A DNA stretch of 64,000 bases from Balanoglossus misakiensis (lineage: Eukaryota > Animalia > Hemichordata): positions 4,457,025 to 4,521,024 of the forward strand of contig CM082596.2 of assembly GCA_040954595.2 (NCBI GenBank). The letters are read 5' to 3'. Made by a program: the position numbers and the translations under genes. The notes below the pieces were generated by a model, which searched no databases, had not been told where the DNA came from, and saw only the letters and a list, made by a program, of their open reading frames with translations. Below are positions 53,159 through 64,000 of the stretch, piece after piece (positions within the stretch are counted from its first letter, which is position 1; each line of letters starts with the position of its first letter).

Positions 53159-53479
53159 GTAAGCAAACAACAATATTTCATGGAGATTAATGCGCGTAAG
53201 ACGATAGACTGCCACCGAAACTGGCAGTGTATACCCGGAGAAGTATATATAAACCCCCTACCGATCTATAAGTGACGACATCTTACTATTGGATTGCAGT
53301 GGAACGCGCCCCCATACCGCTCTCTGGTAGACTAGTGTTCTTTATTTTTATTCACCCATTCATAGCAGGTGATTATTGACCAGTCTTAATGGCCGTAATT
53401 AATTGTTGTTGATGACGAATCAATTTGTCCTCATTTGTCATGCTGTTCGTCTCTTTTTCTCTGCCTTCTTATTGTTTAG
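53159..53479 (+). other. Probable 5'UTR intron of PKDCC
   Basis: Donor gag|gtaagc at 53158/53159 follows a CpG-rich stretch. Acceptor ctctttttctctgccttcttattgtttag| ends at 53479, 150 nt before the ATG. Confidence 0.6.
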
Positions 53480-53628
53480 GAGTCCGTCACTGGTCGAAAT
53501 GTGCCGCAGTGTGCTGAAGTTCGAAGCGCGGCTACATTATCTGGCTTGCCATGCGCTGTATAGTAACAGACATTGAGCCGTAGCTCCATCATCAACAGTA
53601 CTGCGCTTATCTCTTTTTTCTCGCTAAG

Positions 53629-56600
53629 ATGGCGTGTTCGACCACATGGAAATATTCCACAGTCAAACGGATAATTTATCGGCGCCGTGCTCACATCCTC
53701 GGTGCTGGCTTCGTGTCCCTGCTGGTACTGTGGTATAATTGCTTCGCACTTTTGCCTCCAGAAAGCGCCGGCTTCGGCGGATACCGGCTGCGGTCACCGG
53801 GGAAATACCCCGGCAACTCGGCCGTGGAATTCGAGGCTCGCCTGACGAAGCACGTCGCGGATCTGCGCGGAGACCTGGCGAGGCACCGCCGCGACGTCAA
53901 CATCTACGAAAACTTCTTGAAAGATCTTCACAGCCAGGCGCTGGAGCCGAACCTGCGCCGTCTCATGGACGTGGAACGCCGCGCGAAAGCGAAACCTTTC
54001 CAGGAGAAAAACCGAACGTCAAGCGGACAGAAGTCTCCCTTGTTGGCGGAGGCGGTGGCACGTAATAAACACCATCTAACTGCAACGAACGGATGCGAAG
54101 CTCTGGCAAATGTTACCAACAGGGAACCCATCGGAATAGGATACACAAAATACGTCGAGAAGGGAACATACAAGGGAGATAACTGGGCCTTAAAATCTGT
54201 CGCTTTGAATGGCCACGACATGACGGAATGCAACAGCAAATATATGAGTTTCAGCGACTGTCTGAAACTGGCAAATTACAAATTGTTAAAGGAGATCACC
54301 CTTCTATCACAACTGCAGCACAAGAACGTCATCAAGGTAATGTATTTTAACACCGTGTCTTAAAATCGACATTACACACGGGTGGCTCAGTTCTAAAAGC
54401 CACCCGTTTGCGAGTCGGTGAAAGTGTGTCTGGGCTGTATGTATGTGCGAAGTTCTCAGTCTAGTAGGAATATACAGAGACATACAGAGACGTGCAATTG
54501 ATACCCTGTCATCGGCAGAGGCCAACGCTGAAAGTGAGGAATTCACTGGGGCGTGCCAAACGCTTTTCTTAGGATAAACAGCCACCCATCTGGCTGTGTT
54601 CACTCAATTTCTCCAGAATTTTTTTTCACGACAAAACGCATTAGATAGACGCGGGGTTTTGCCATGGCTCGCGTATATCAATCGATCCCTCGCGCGCACC
54701 GAATGAAAATAGAGCTTGCTACCAATTCACCAGAAAGGTCATGTCGACAACAAAGAACATGGCACACAGCGACGTTCTGGTTTTACTGGTCAAAGATACG
54801 ACTTAACTGCCGCACAGAGTCCTGAAAAACGCCCTATAGTGTCTTCCCTTTCTCTAATTTACACGACTTACATTTTCCTTAGTTATATAGCAGAGCGAAA
54901 CTGCCTCCTGAGCCATCGACTGTTGACCCAAATCAAACGGAGATTCCGAGGTAATTTTAGCGCTGACATTAAGTCTACCTTTTCCGCTCTATAAGACACG
55001 AAATAGTTTCTACAAGAAATGGCCCGTGGGAAATCACTGTCACGGTGTACGAAAAAGCCACCATTTACTCTAGATTCAGATGGACAGTTTTGGTATATAA
55101 ACAACGCGCTGACAGTGACATAATAAATATTATATTTATGACCATTTCCCCACCATCACTCGAGAAAAAACATACGCTCTGTTAATTTTATTGTCAAACG
55201 ACATCGATTTGGTGATTTTACAACACACTTAAGGCGACATACGTTGACCTAACACAAATAAAATAACACTTTTATTTTATAGTGACATATTTGGTCTTTT
55301 GCGGTGGTTTCAGTCGCTATCAATTACTACGCGGTGTACATCTTCGGCGAGAGACGTGATTTACAGAACTATACGCAGAACTATACGTATGGTGGCATGG
55401 AGGGGCTCGTCAATGTAAAATGCCCGCTATGCTAACATGCAAAATTCAGGCCAGTTACACGTTGTCGTCTGTTTGCACAAAAGTGAATACACCGGTATAT
55501 AACTGTAGTTAACCAGGTTTGGTCTCAGAGCTGAGACTACACCGTTTGTTCACCCTCAACCGGTCTGTGAATGTGTCCCCTGATACTCATGAAACACTTC
55601 TGCGGAAAGAAACGCCGTTTTAGTTTATCTCTCGCGAAATATTGCGAATATCAGTCTTACTTAACATTTTAATAGGACTCTGTGGTACAAAATAAAACAC
55701 GAAAGCTGGGAAAACAGAATTGGTTGTTTACACTGAACCAGGCCAGCCCCGGGATATGTACACACAGACTGCAGCGGATGAAAGCGAAAATTCAAACAAA
55801 CACACAGTGTACACGCAAATGCTGGAGTGTTTTTACTCCTAAACGGTGAATAGCGGGACGCCGTTTTTATGAGACGTCCATAAAGCACACGAAATCTCAA
55901 CGGATGATGTCTACTGTTTCCTTGTCTTTATCAACTGATTATCTGCGCGCTAATTGGTATCCGTCTCGATTACGCGCTCATCATGGTAGACAGTAGTCGT
56001 TCTTCTTTTTCAATCCGACTGAAAGTGCTTTCTCCGATTTCTTGTACTCCATGCGCTCTACTTTCCTCTTTTAGCAACTACCGGAAAGGTTTTGCGAGAA
56101 GACGAAATCGTTTGCTGCGTGAAATGCAGCACGTCAGTGTCATTTTCGCGACAATTCGGCGGTGTTAGCAAGCCCTTGTTGCGACGCAGCCTTGCTGTAG
56201 TATATAGACCAAACGTTTGCATCACAAAACGACAGCTTTCTTTGCAACGAGAAAGGTCTAAGTTGACGTTGGAATGCCATGAAAATCGTGTAAGTTTATA
56301 CATTGGTGTGTAATCAGTGACGTAACAGCAACGAAGTCGGTTGGCACCACATTGATGAAAGACAGTCACTCGACAGGCGAAAGTCCACCGCCTTCCTAAC
56401 AATGACCAGTCGTCTTGTGGCGTGAACTTGATGAAAGAGTGGTTGCCCATAACAACAAAGAACACTTGAAATTTATCACTGACGGAGAATTTGTCCAATC
56501 ACATCACCACTATGATATAGCATACGCCTACAACTAGAATTGTGTCATTCGTTAGCTCTGGGCGCACGATTTTGTCTTGGGCTATCACTGGGCAGGGTCT

Positions 56601-59600
56601 TGTAATGTGCATTCAATGTTGACCTTTCCCTAAAGTCAATGTCTGTTGGTATGCATAAACTGCCAATAGAGTCTACGTCAGATCGGCAGTACATGTACTT
56701 GTAAATCAGCACCCTGGACCATAACTCACGCGTGCAGGACATTAATTCGTCTCAAAGCTTGCCCGGGGTAAACACAAATGACAAGTTGATCTGGCTATCG
56801 AATGGCCATTAGCCCTGTCTGCTTGTCAGGCGGGTAAGATGGGTCTATGGTCGAGTTGTCGACGTTGACGGTAATTACATACAATATACTGTCATGCTGG
56901 ACCTTTGGTCATGTACGCTGATACTTAAGGATTAACTGGGATTGCTCGAATGTCTCGAGAAAGACTCGGATGCCAGCGGTAGTCGCAGTCAGAGTTTAAT
57001 ATGGTTTTAGGAGCTGGGTTAGCGTTCGACAGCGGATAGACCAAATGAAGCTGACGATCCTAATTAAGACGAAGTATCGCAGAGACCCGAGTTTTGTTCG
57101 CATACTTGTGTTCCGTTACGGATGATTTGAAATAGCCAATACTTTTGGAATGTTGGAAACTCCAACACACGACCCAATACAACCCCAATCAGACAGAAAT
57201 GTCTGCCACTACACATGGCACAAATTTACAGTTCATGTTTTCGCTTCGCTTGACTTCAACATTAACATCGGCGGTATTCGGGGAATTTCCAAAAGCCCCA
57301 TTTTTTTTCTAAACACAACCCCTTGTTCAATCTTAATTGTCTGTCCTCGTTCTGGCTCTCCGGCACGTTCGCCGGGGAAATCTGTTTCTGAATTTTCATG
57401 AATTCACCAATTGTGCACCGAATTCAGGGCTAATGGTGAACTCCCCGACAAAGGCAGCCTCGGAATTATTTCGATTAGGAGATATCGCCCGGGGCACTCC
57501 AGAGCGAACTTCTCCTATTACCAATCAATCAGCGGTGCGCAGAGCGGAAAATGACCGATACCGAGCGCTACCTAAGACACAACACACACTCCACTCATTA
57601 ATTGCAGTTTAATTTGTTGATTTTGGTTACATCAAAGCATCTATAGATTACCCGTCACTTTATTTGCTTGCTGTGTGCCTTACGGGTATATGGTTTACTG
57701 ACTCATTAGCCCAGATTCACATATTTGTTTATTCGTCCGGTTAGAGTACACATTATTGAACGTCTCTCCCGATCCTGTCCTCGCAGGTGTCTGGTTACTG
57801 CCTCGATGATGCCACCAGCAAAGTGACAATCATGACCGAGCTGGGGACTCCTGTCAACATTATAAGCCTTCTTCAGCAGTCATGGGAAGACAGATTTCGG
57901 GTGAGTACAAGAAAATGTCGGGCACTTTCATCTATTATTACATGCTACAATTGAACAATAAAACGAATATTTTGTACTTCGCGGGAAAAATTTCAATTTA
58001 ATTTGGCCGTATGTGGTTTTTATCCTTTTAAATGAAACCTCCATCTTTCAAGCACTACCAGTTCACATTATCTCGTTCTTGAACGTTGCTTTGTATACGC
58101 AGCATACATTTTATCACTGTTCACACACAAAAAAGTAAAAACTTTTCCTTTATCTAATGGGGTTCAGCTGTTAGGAATAATTCTTGAAACAAGTCCCGGT
58201 TCATCCCGTGCTTTTAAAAAATCGAAGCCTCGGGCAAGATAAGGATTTCCAGTCGGCTGTTTCCCGATGTCACGTGACACGCGACTAATGGTTTTCCCTG
58301 CATCGACTACATGTGTGTGTAAAGAGCTTTGGATTTATCTATTGTCTATCTTGATATTTGAATAGGTGATGGAGCGACAAAAACCAAACTGTTGTAGACT
58401 TTTTCTTTAGCTCAATGCAGCATGTAGAATTTTATGAACAAGTCAATTGAATGGAGCTAGAGACGTTGACCGGCTCTTGTCCAGATGCAGGTCTACCCCG
58501 AAATTCCAGAGGCTCCGTTGTCTCAAACTCTCGATATCCAAACACAGAACAGGTCATACCTACATTAACCCCTTCTACGGGTCAAATGTTCACACAAAGA
58601 TCACGTTACACGCCATAAGGAACGCGTAATAACACGGCTCCCCTACTTTGACATATTGGTCGATATTCCGGATATTGGCACGTCACTAACAATTGTGATT
58701 TGAGCAGAAGTAAATGTTCCGTTTGTACTATTTTACAATCCGCAGTTAATATAGGGTATACAACCCAAGAATATTGGCCTTTCTTTAGGGATTAAAAAGA
58801 TATATTGTATCAAGCACATTTCTGGGTCAACTCTCGAAAAATGCTGATGCCCAGTACACACAGCGCTGTTTGTACAGATGGTATATAAAGACTGCCGCCA
58901 TCGAAGGACTGTGTATTGTTGATGCAATATTGTGATCGTTGGATTTTCTCGTGAATATCAATGCCCGAGGATCACGATTTTAATCAATATGCAATAAAGT
59001 TCTGTAGCACTCTTTGACCAACGGTTAAATTTCAGCATAAGCTTTCGGGAACATGTAGTCCCCTTCTTCAGATGCACTCGAGGAATGAACAGCGAAACAG
59101 AGAATCATGGGGTATTCAAATGAGAAAATATGTGCAGGACCAGGTGCCTCGGAAAACAAAAGAAGAGTTGGGTGTGAAAATTGAACAATGGAAATGTTAA
59201 TGAGAATGCAAATGTGTAAATGGGGTGGTAGACTGCAGAAAGCTGACAGTTATTTGTAGTGTGACATGAAACCATAGTCCCGGTTAAGTCCCATATCCAC
59301 GAGATTTTAATCAAATAATCTAGAACTTTTAGCTCTAAATATCGAAGGTCAGTGAATAGTTCGATTTATTTATTACCCAGTTCAGTCGTTGATTATATTT
59401 AATCTCAGTTTCCTATTTTCTTTCAGGTTTGTTTGGGCCTTAGCTCATTGTTGCACCATCTATCTGAGTCTCCCATGGGCGGCTTGGCTATACACGACTT
59501 CAAGCTCACCCAGTTCGTCACCGTGAACGGTGAGGTAAGTAGACTCGACGTGACCCCCTGACCTTTTTCATTTCCCTTGCGAATCCTGGAAAATTTCCCC

Positions 59601-62496
59601 GATAATATCTTTCCCGAAGACACGCTTTTACGCATGGTCTCACCAGCCGGAACTCGATCAGATCCCTCGGCGATACGAAGGGAATGTAATAACGCGAATG
59701 AGTCCACGCACTGACGGCAAGACAAGACGACACCAGACCAAACAGCGTACACGCACAGTTCCTCCTTCACTTCGAGTTTTTCACACTTGTATAGGACGTG
59801 ACTGTTTTCTCAAAGAGACAGTACTATCAACAAGAGACGGTGTTATTTTGACTTTTCTAACCGCACTGTTTAATAAGTTTGTGTTACTGCGACATTTCCA
59901 GTCGGTGACCGAAAATTGACTGATTTGCTTTGACAGGGGCTGGTTATCACTTAAATGAAATCTAAATATAGCCAGAGAAACAGGCTTAGGTGAAGAAACT
60001 ATTAAATCCAGCACGAAGATTTGATGTAGAAATTAAAGGAACTCTGTAAGGGCGCTGTCACTGTGAATCTGAAGTTTAGTGGGTTTGCTGTAATGCCTAT
60101 TGGGATAGGGATCGATAAACACAGATCGAATCCAAAACCTGAAAATATGATGGCAGATCCCTTGGAAACGCAAAATAGCCCCTACATGTTATATTCACAA
60201 ACCACCGTGAGCAAACTTTCAACCTGACCTGTGCTAAAAAAAAAACCCGCACCGTATCAAATGTACAAACTGATTGAGATGTGCTGCATATTAACGAACT
60301 ACTATTTCGTGGTCCCTGTTGGGAGCCGTATCAGTTTCCCATGCTCACATCTTGATGGAAAATTAAATATTGGGCTCTCACTGCGCAGTGGATAACGGTA
60401 AAATATCCGGCTAGGCGTTTAGAAAACCCACAGCTAACAGCGGAGATAAGCTCAATTATACTGTGGGTGATTTTTTTCTTGAAAATATTATCCAGAAATA
60501 ATTTATTCATAGCTAGTTGATACCTTATTACTCAATTCTGTCATTCTTGATAACCTTTAAATTTTCTATCAGATTCATATCTAATCAATTAATTATTACT
60601 TGACGCATTTAACAAGAAAAACTAGGGGACTAATTTTTGCGTATCTGTTACCTCAGATCAAACTGGCGGATGTCGACGACGTGGACAATGAAGAGCCGAG
60701 GTGTGAAACGTCGTATGATTGTGAAAAGGCGATGATGGCGAAGTCTTCGAAGAAAGTGCAGATGCCGTGCGTAAAAGGCGCATGCCACGGATTCAATGAA
60801 AAGCTAAACATATACAATGCGCATAGATTTTTCTTCAGTTATTTGCTTCCCTTTGAAGTGCCCAGTGCAATGAGCAAACTGGTCGACGAAGTCTTGAATA
60901 ACACAGGTATGTAAATTAGTGCCATATGTTTACAATCAAAATTTGCTCCATGAACGTTCCAGGTTTGGCTACATATTTCACAATTGCTTGTGGTCAGACG
61001 ACATTTTGCACACGGGTATTATCAAAGAAGAGACGCGCATCAAGCCTGCTCATCATGCTCATCTGCAGCTTGATCTAGTTTCCATGGCGACGTCAACTCA
61101 CGCTCAATTTCCGTCAAGCCCACTTTCCAGATTAACGTTCTTCTCACGCCGTTTTCTAATTTGTACTTCCCAATGCCTTGGAAACAGATGCAACAACAGA
61201 TAACGGGTCGAGTTTTCTTTTCCGAGATAAAAACACACACGCCACGTCTCCTGAAATCTGCATTGATTGAAGCCTGACAACCATTTTCTTGCTTCAAACG
61301 CGGAGCTGTTCTAGTTGTGATCTGGCAAATTACATCGACAGTGTGCCGTGTAGGATATGCGACATCACCGCGGGGGTTACTTCAAATTGAACATTAAAAT
61401 ACAATATACCGCTAGGGGGGTTATATTAGATTATGTCTGGTTTTTCACCGGTGCCCATCTGTGAGTCTTGTTAATGGGACTTAGATTAATCAAAATCACA
61501 TTTGGCTATTTACTCGTTCAAAATAAACACTGCCGCGTTTCAACTTTCCCGCATAATGAAGTAATTCGATTTGTCGATGTACCAACATGACGTCATCACT
61601 CAAAAGGACACAGACATCTCCAGTAAATATACAGAGCTCTGTAATTTAGTTTACTGCGGTACGATCGATGTTACAGGCTGATATTCTGAATTAAAAATTT
61701 CTGGACAGTAATATCAGATTTCCTTTCTGCGCAGAAGTAATATTCGACTCCAGAAAGGTCGAAAATAACTATTTGGAAAATATGATCACAAAAATATTTC
61801 ATTAATTTTTTTTTCTCAAGGTACGTTTTCTTGGGATACCGCCACCTTGCTACAAAAAATGGAAAATATAGTCGATATTTACAGGCGCGGTGAATATCTA
61901 CAAGCACAACGGGAACAGGACCAGCAAGCCAAAAGGCCGGGTAATATATATCATTTAAACTATTTTAAAACCAATTTACGATTATCGTAAATGAATTTAG
62001 TGGATGTTCAAGGAACTAGGCCTAATTATTCGTTTATAAAATATATGGGAAAACATTAATAACCCCGTTTAGAACTAAATTTAATTGACCAACATTTATG
62101 TTTCAATCAATACGGCCGCCATTTTCTCCCCTTGCAGTTTATCGAGCGATGCCAGGCATGGACTTGTCGGGAAAACACGACTACCGTTGTCTGTTGTCAC
62201 ATTCCGGGGATGGATGTACATTGACCGCCTTCGATCAACAGGAAGGCGAGGACTTGTGCACAGAAGACGCTGAATGCCGTGCTTTTGTCATGACGTCACA
62301 GAAAACGTGGTCAGGTAAGTGTCATGGGGCAGGCACAGGTCGAAAATTCAAAGTAGTCGCTGTTTTTGCTAGCGAAAAGTAACGACCCCCGTTTACTGTT
62401 CTATCCGACACAGGTCGCAAGGTGATTTACTTGAAGAACAACATCAGCGAGCCACAATCGAATGAGGGCACCACCCTCTACATCAGGGTCACGTGA
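53629..62496 (+). CDS. PKDCC: Extracellular/secretory-pathway tyrosine kinase PKDCC (VLK/SgK493), 7 coding exons, ~519 aa
   Basis: Exons (+): 53629-54336, 57787-57900, 59427-59534, 60657-60906, 61821-61940, 62138-62314, 62414-62496. All introns are GT-AG and in frame, total 1560 nt. Signal anchor ILGAGFVSLLVLWY; IGIGYTKYV (G-loop); ALKSV..GHD..C; CLKLANYKLLKE; TELGTP..SWEDRFR; HDFKLTQF; IKLADVDD; GFNEKLNIYNAHRFFF; and a C-terminal Cys domain DYRC..C..C..CRAFV..KTWSG, all PKDCC-type. Confidence 0.93.
55364..55387. repeat. 12-bp tandem duplication
   Basis: cagaactatacg x2 in PKDCC intron 1. Confidence 0.7.
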
Positions 62497-63146
62497 TCCG
62501 GCGCATGGTTCTCGGTATTTAAAGCCAATGGGTGCATGGGTGGCCGTGAGTTGCTAGAATTTCAGGACAATCTGTGTTCCGAGTGTTAATCACTCCAGCA
62601 AAACATTGACGTCATCTTGCTGTTCATGTTACACAGTGTAAGTACAGCGTGTTGAAGACAGAAGTCTATCGCGTAGCATCTTCCAGTCTGTGACCTGTAG
62701 GCCAGGAGAAATGTTGAAACAACGCACAATCTGTCGTTGCCATGGCGTTAAGAAAATTGACATTTTGGGAGTGATACATCATGTCAATGACCTGGATTTG
62801 CCTGCTTTCATAGGGTTAATGCGGGAGCTAACTTCTTTGGCATTATCGAACGGCAAGGAGAAGTTATCTTTACAACTTCTCCAATGACTCCAAACAGATG
62901 CAATATAAAAGAAATGTGACATGACACATTGATGACATGTCGAGGGATCATCAGATGTCTATGTTGTTTGCTTCAGTCGTGATGTCATTTTATGCAGTGG
63001 TGCATTGCATCGTCGTTATGGCATTTATGCCAACTCGAAGATTACATGTTTTTTTGTGTGGAAATTCTATTTATTATATTTTAAAGAACAGTACTGCTAG
63101 AAAATTATCTATGAAAGAGAGTTTGCATACATAGAGCCTGCTGCGC

Positions 63147-63152
63147 AATAAA
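63147..63152 (+). terminator. Candidate polyadenylation signal for PKDCC
   Basis: AATAAA ~650 nt after the stop, a second one near 63179, followed by T/GT-rich downstream sequence. Confidence 0.55.
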
Positions 63153-63224
63153 TATACTAATAATAGAGACGTATAAATAATAAAAGCCCTATAATTAAAA
63201 TGACAAAGTCGTTTACTTTTGACA

Positions 63225-63299
63225 TTATTATTATTATTTATTTATTTGTTTTTGTTTGTTTGTTTGTTTGTTTGTCTGTCTGTTTGTTTGTTTGTTTTT
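63225..63299. repeat. Compound microsatellite (TTA)n-(TTTA)n-(TTTG)n
   Basis: attattattattatttatttatttgtttttgtttgtttgtttgtttgtttgtctgtctgtttgtttgtttgtt. Confidence 0.9.
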
Positions 63300-64000
63300 A
63301 ACCAAGTTTACAAGAGGACGTATCTGGTAACCGCGGTTGTTGGCATGTTTTTCGTTTGACAGCGCTTTTGCACATTATGTTACCGCGATCGACGGGCTTC
63401 AGAAGAAACATCTGTTTTCATATTTTCTTTGGCCACGGGCAAAGAGAGGCTCTTTGTAATTTCTCTGCTTCGATCGGAAGTGTGGTAACATGAATACCGG
63501 TTGTCATCAGAGCCGTGACTCGGTTGTAATTGTTCCCCGTTTCGTGTCCAAGCGCCGAAAACACGACACGTTGGAGTGCCTATTGAATCGTTTTTGTAAC
63601 AAAATCCCGACACCCTGAAAACCGGGCTACGTAACAAGGGGGGTCTTTGTCTATTCGCTTTGTCAACAGTCAGCCAGGACTAAGGATGCGTTTCAACAAA
63701 ATCAAGATTTACCGTAGATGGCGCCATACGTTGTACAAAGACGTACTTGGCTCCCATAAACCACTGCGCGGATAAAGTACATGTGCTGGTATCTACGGCC
63801 TCGGGAAATACTCAAATAGCATGTGATTCTGCTAACTCACAGCCCCTCGGGGGTAATAAACGGTTGCTATGACTACTTTTTAGACCGGGATGATTCCAAA
63901 ATGAACTTGGATGACGTTGATGACAATTTTGCGAAATGTCAGGTGGCACCTTGTGCAGACGACGATGTTTATGTTGACTCACGTGCGTGGCCTATGGGGG

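Noticed and set aside
56058-56498. 146-aa - strand ORF in PKDCC intron 1
   Set aside because: Non-ATG start and no recognisable domain.
53629-62496. Calling the kinase POMK because of the neighbouring B3GALNT2
   Set aside because: It has the PKDCC-type catalytic loop, beta3 Lys and C-terminal Cys-rich domain, and lacks the POMK CDSND..KTLSQ signature.
1-64000. CRISPR arrays, rRNA/tRNA genes, autonomous transposase or RT ORFs
   Set aside because: No regularly spaced repeats, no RNA-gene signatures and no long TE ORFs were seen.

Overview
AT-rich eukaryotic (metazoan) genomic DNA with GT-AG introns. The gene set and repeat style suggest an invertebrate deuterostome such as a hemichordate, but that is inference only. 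Four protein-coding genes can be reconstructed by hand with consistent splice phases: (1) a single-coding-exon class A peptide GPCR most like urotensin-II/somatostatin/MCH receptors (30850-31953, +); (2) B3GALNT2, 12 coding exons, ~508 aa (43220-47228, -); (3) a divergent FBXW7/Cdc4-type F-box/WD40 gene, 11 coding exons, ~502 aa (48099-51255, +), head-to-head with B3GALNT2 across a promoter with a perfect Staf/ZNF143 site; (4) PKDCC/VLK secretory-pathway kinase, 7 coding exons, ~519 aa (53629-62496, +). Positions 1-30.6 kb and 32-41 kb contain no recognisable protein-coding sequence, only palindromic/MITE-like elements, microsatellites and candidate regulatory motifs. The most notable observations are a charge-reversed (Arg to Glu) substrate pocket in the FBXW7-like propeller, a UTS2R-like receptor with a candidate uORF behind a 30-kb gene desert, and linkage of B3GALNT2 to the kinase family that includes POMK. 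No prokaryote-type system (CRISPR, operon, IS) is present. All family assignments rest on remembered motifs, not database searches.
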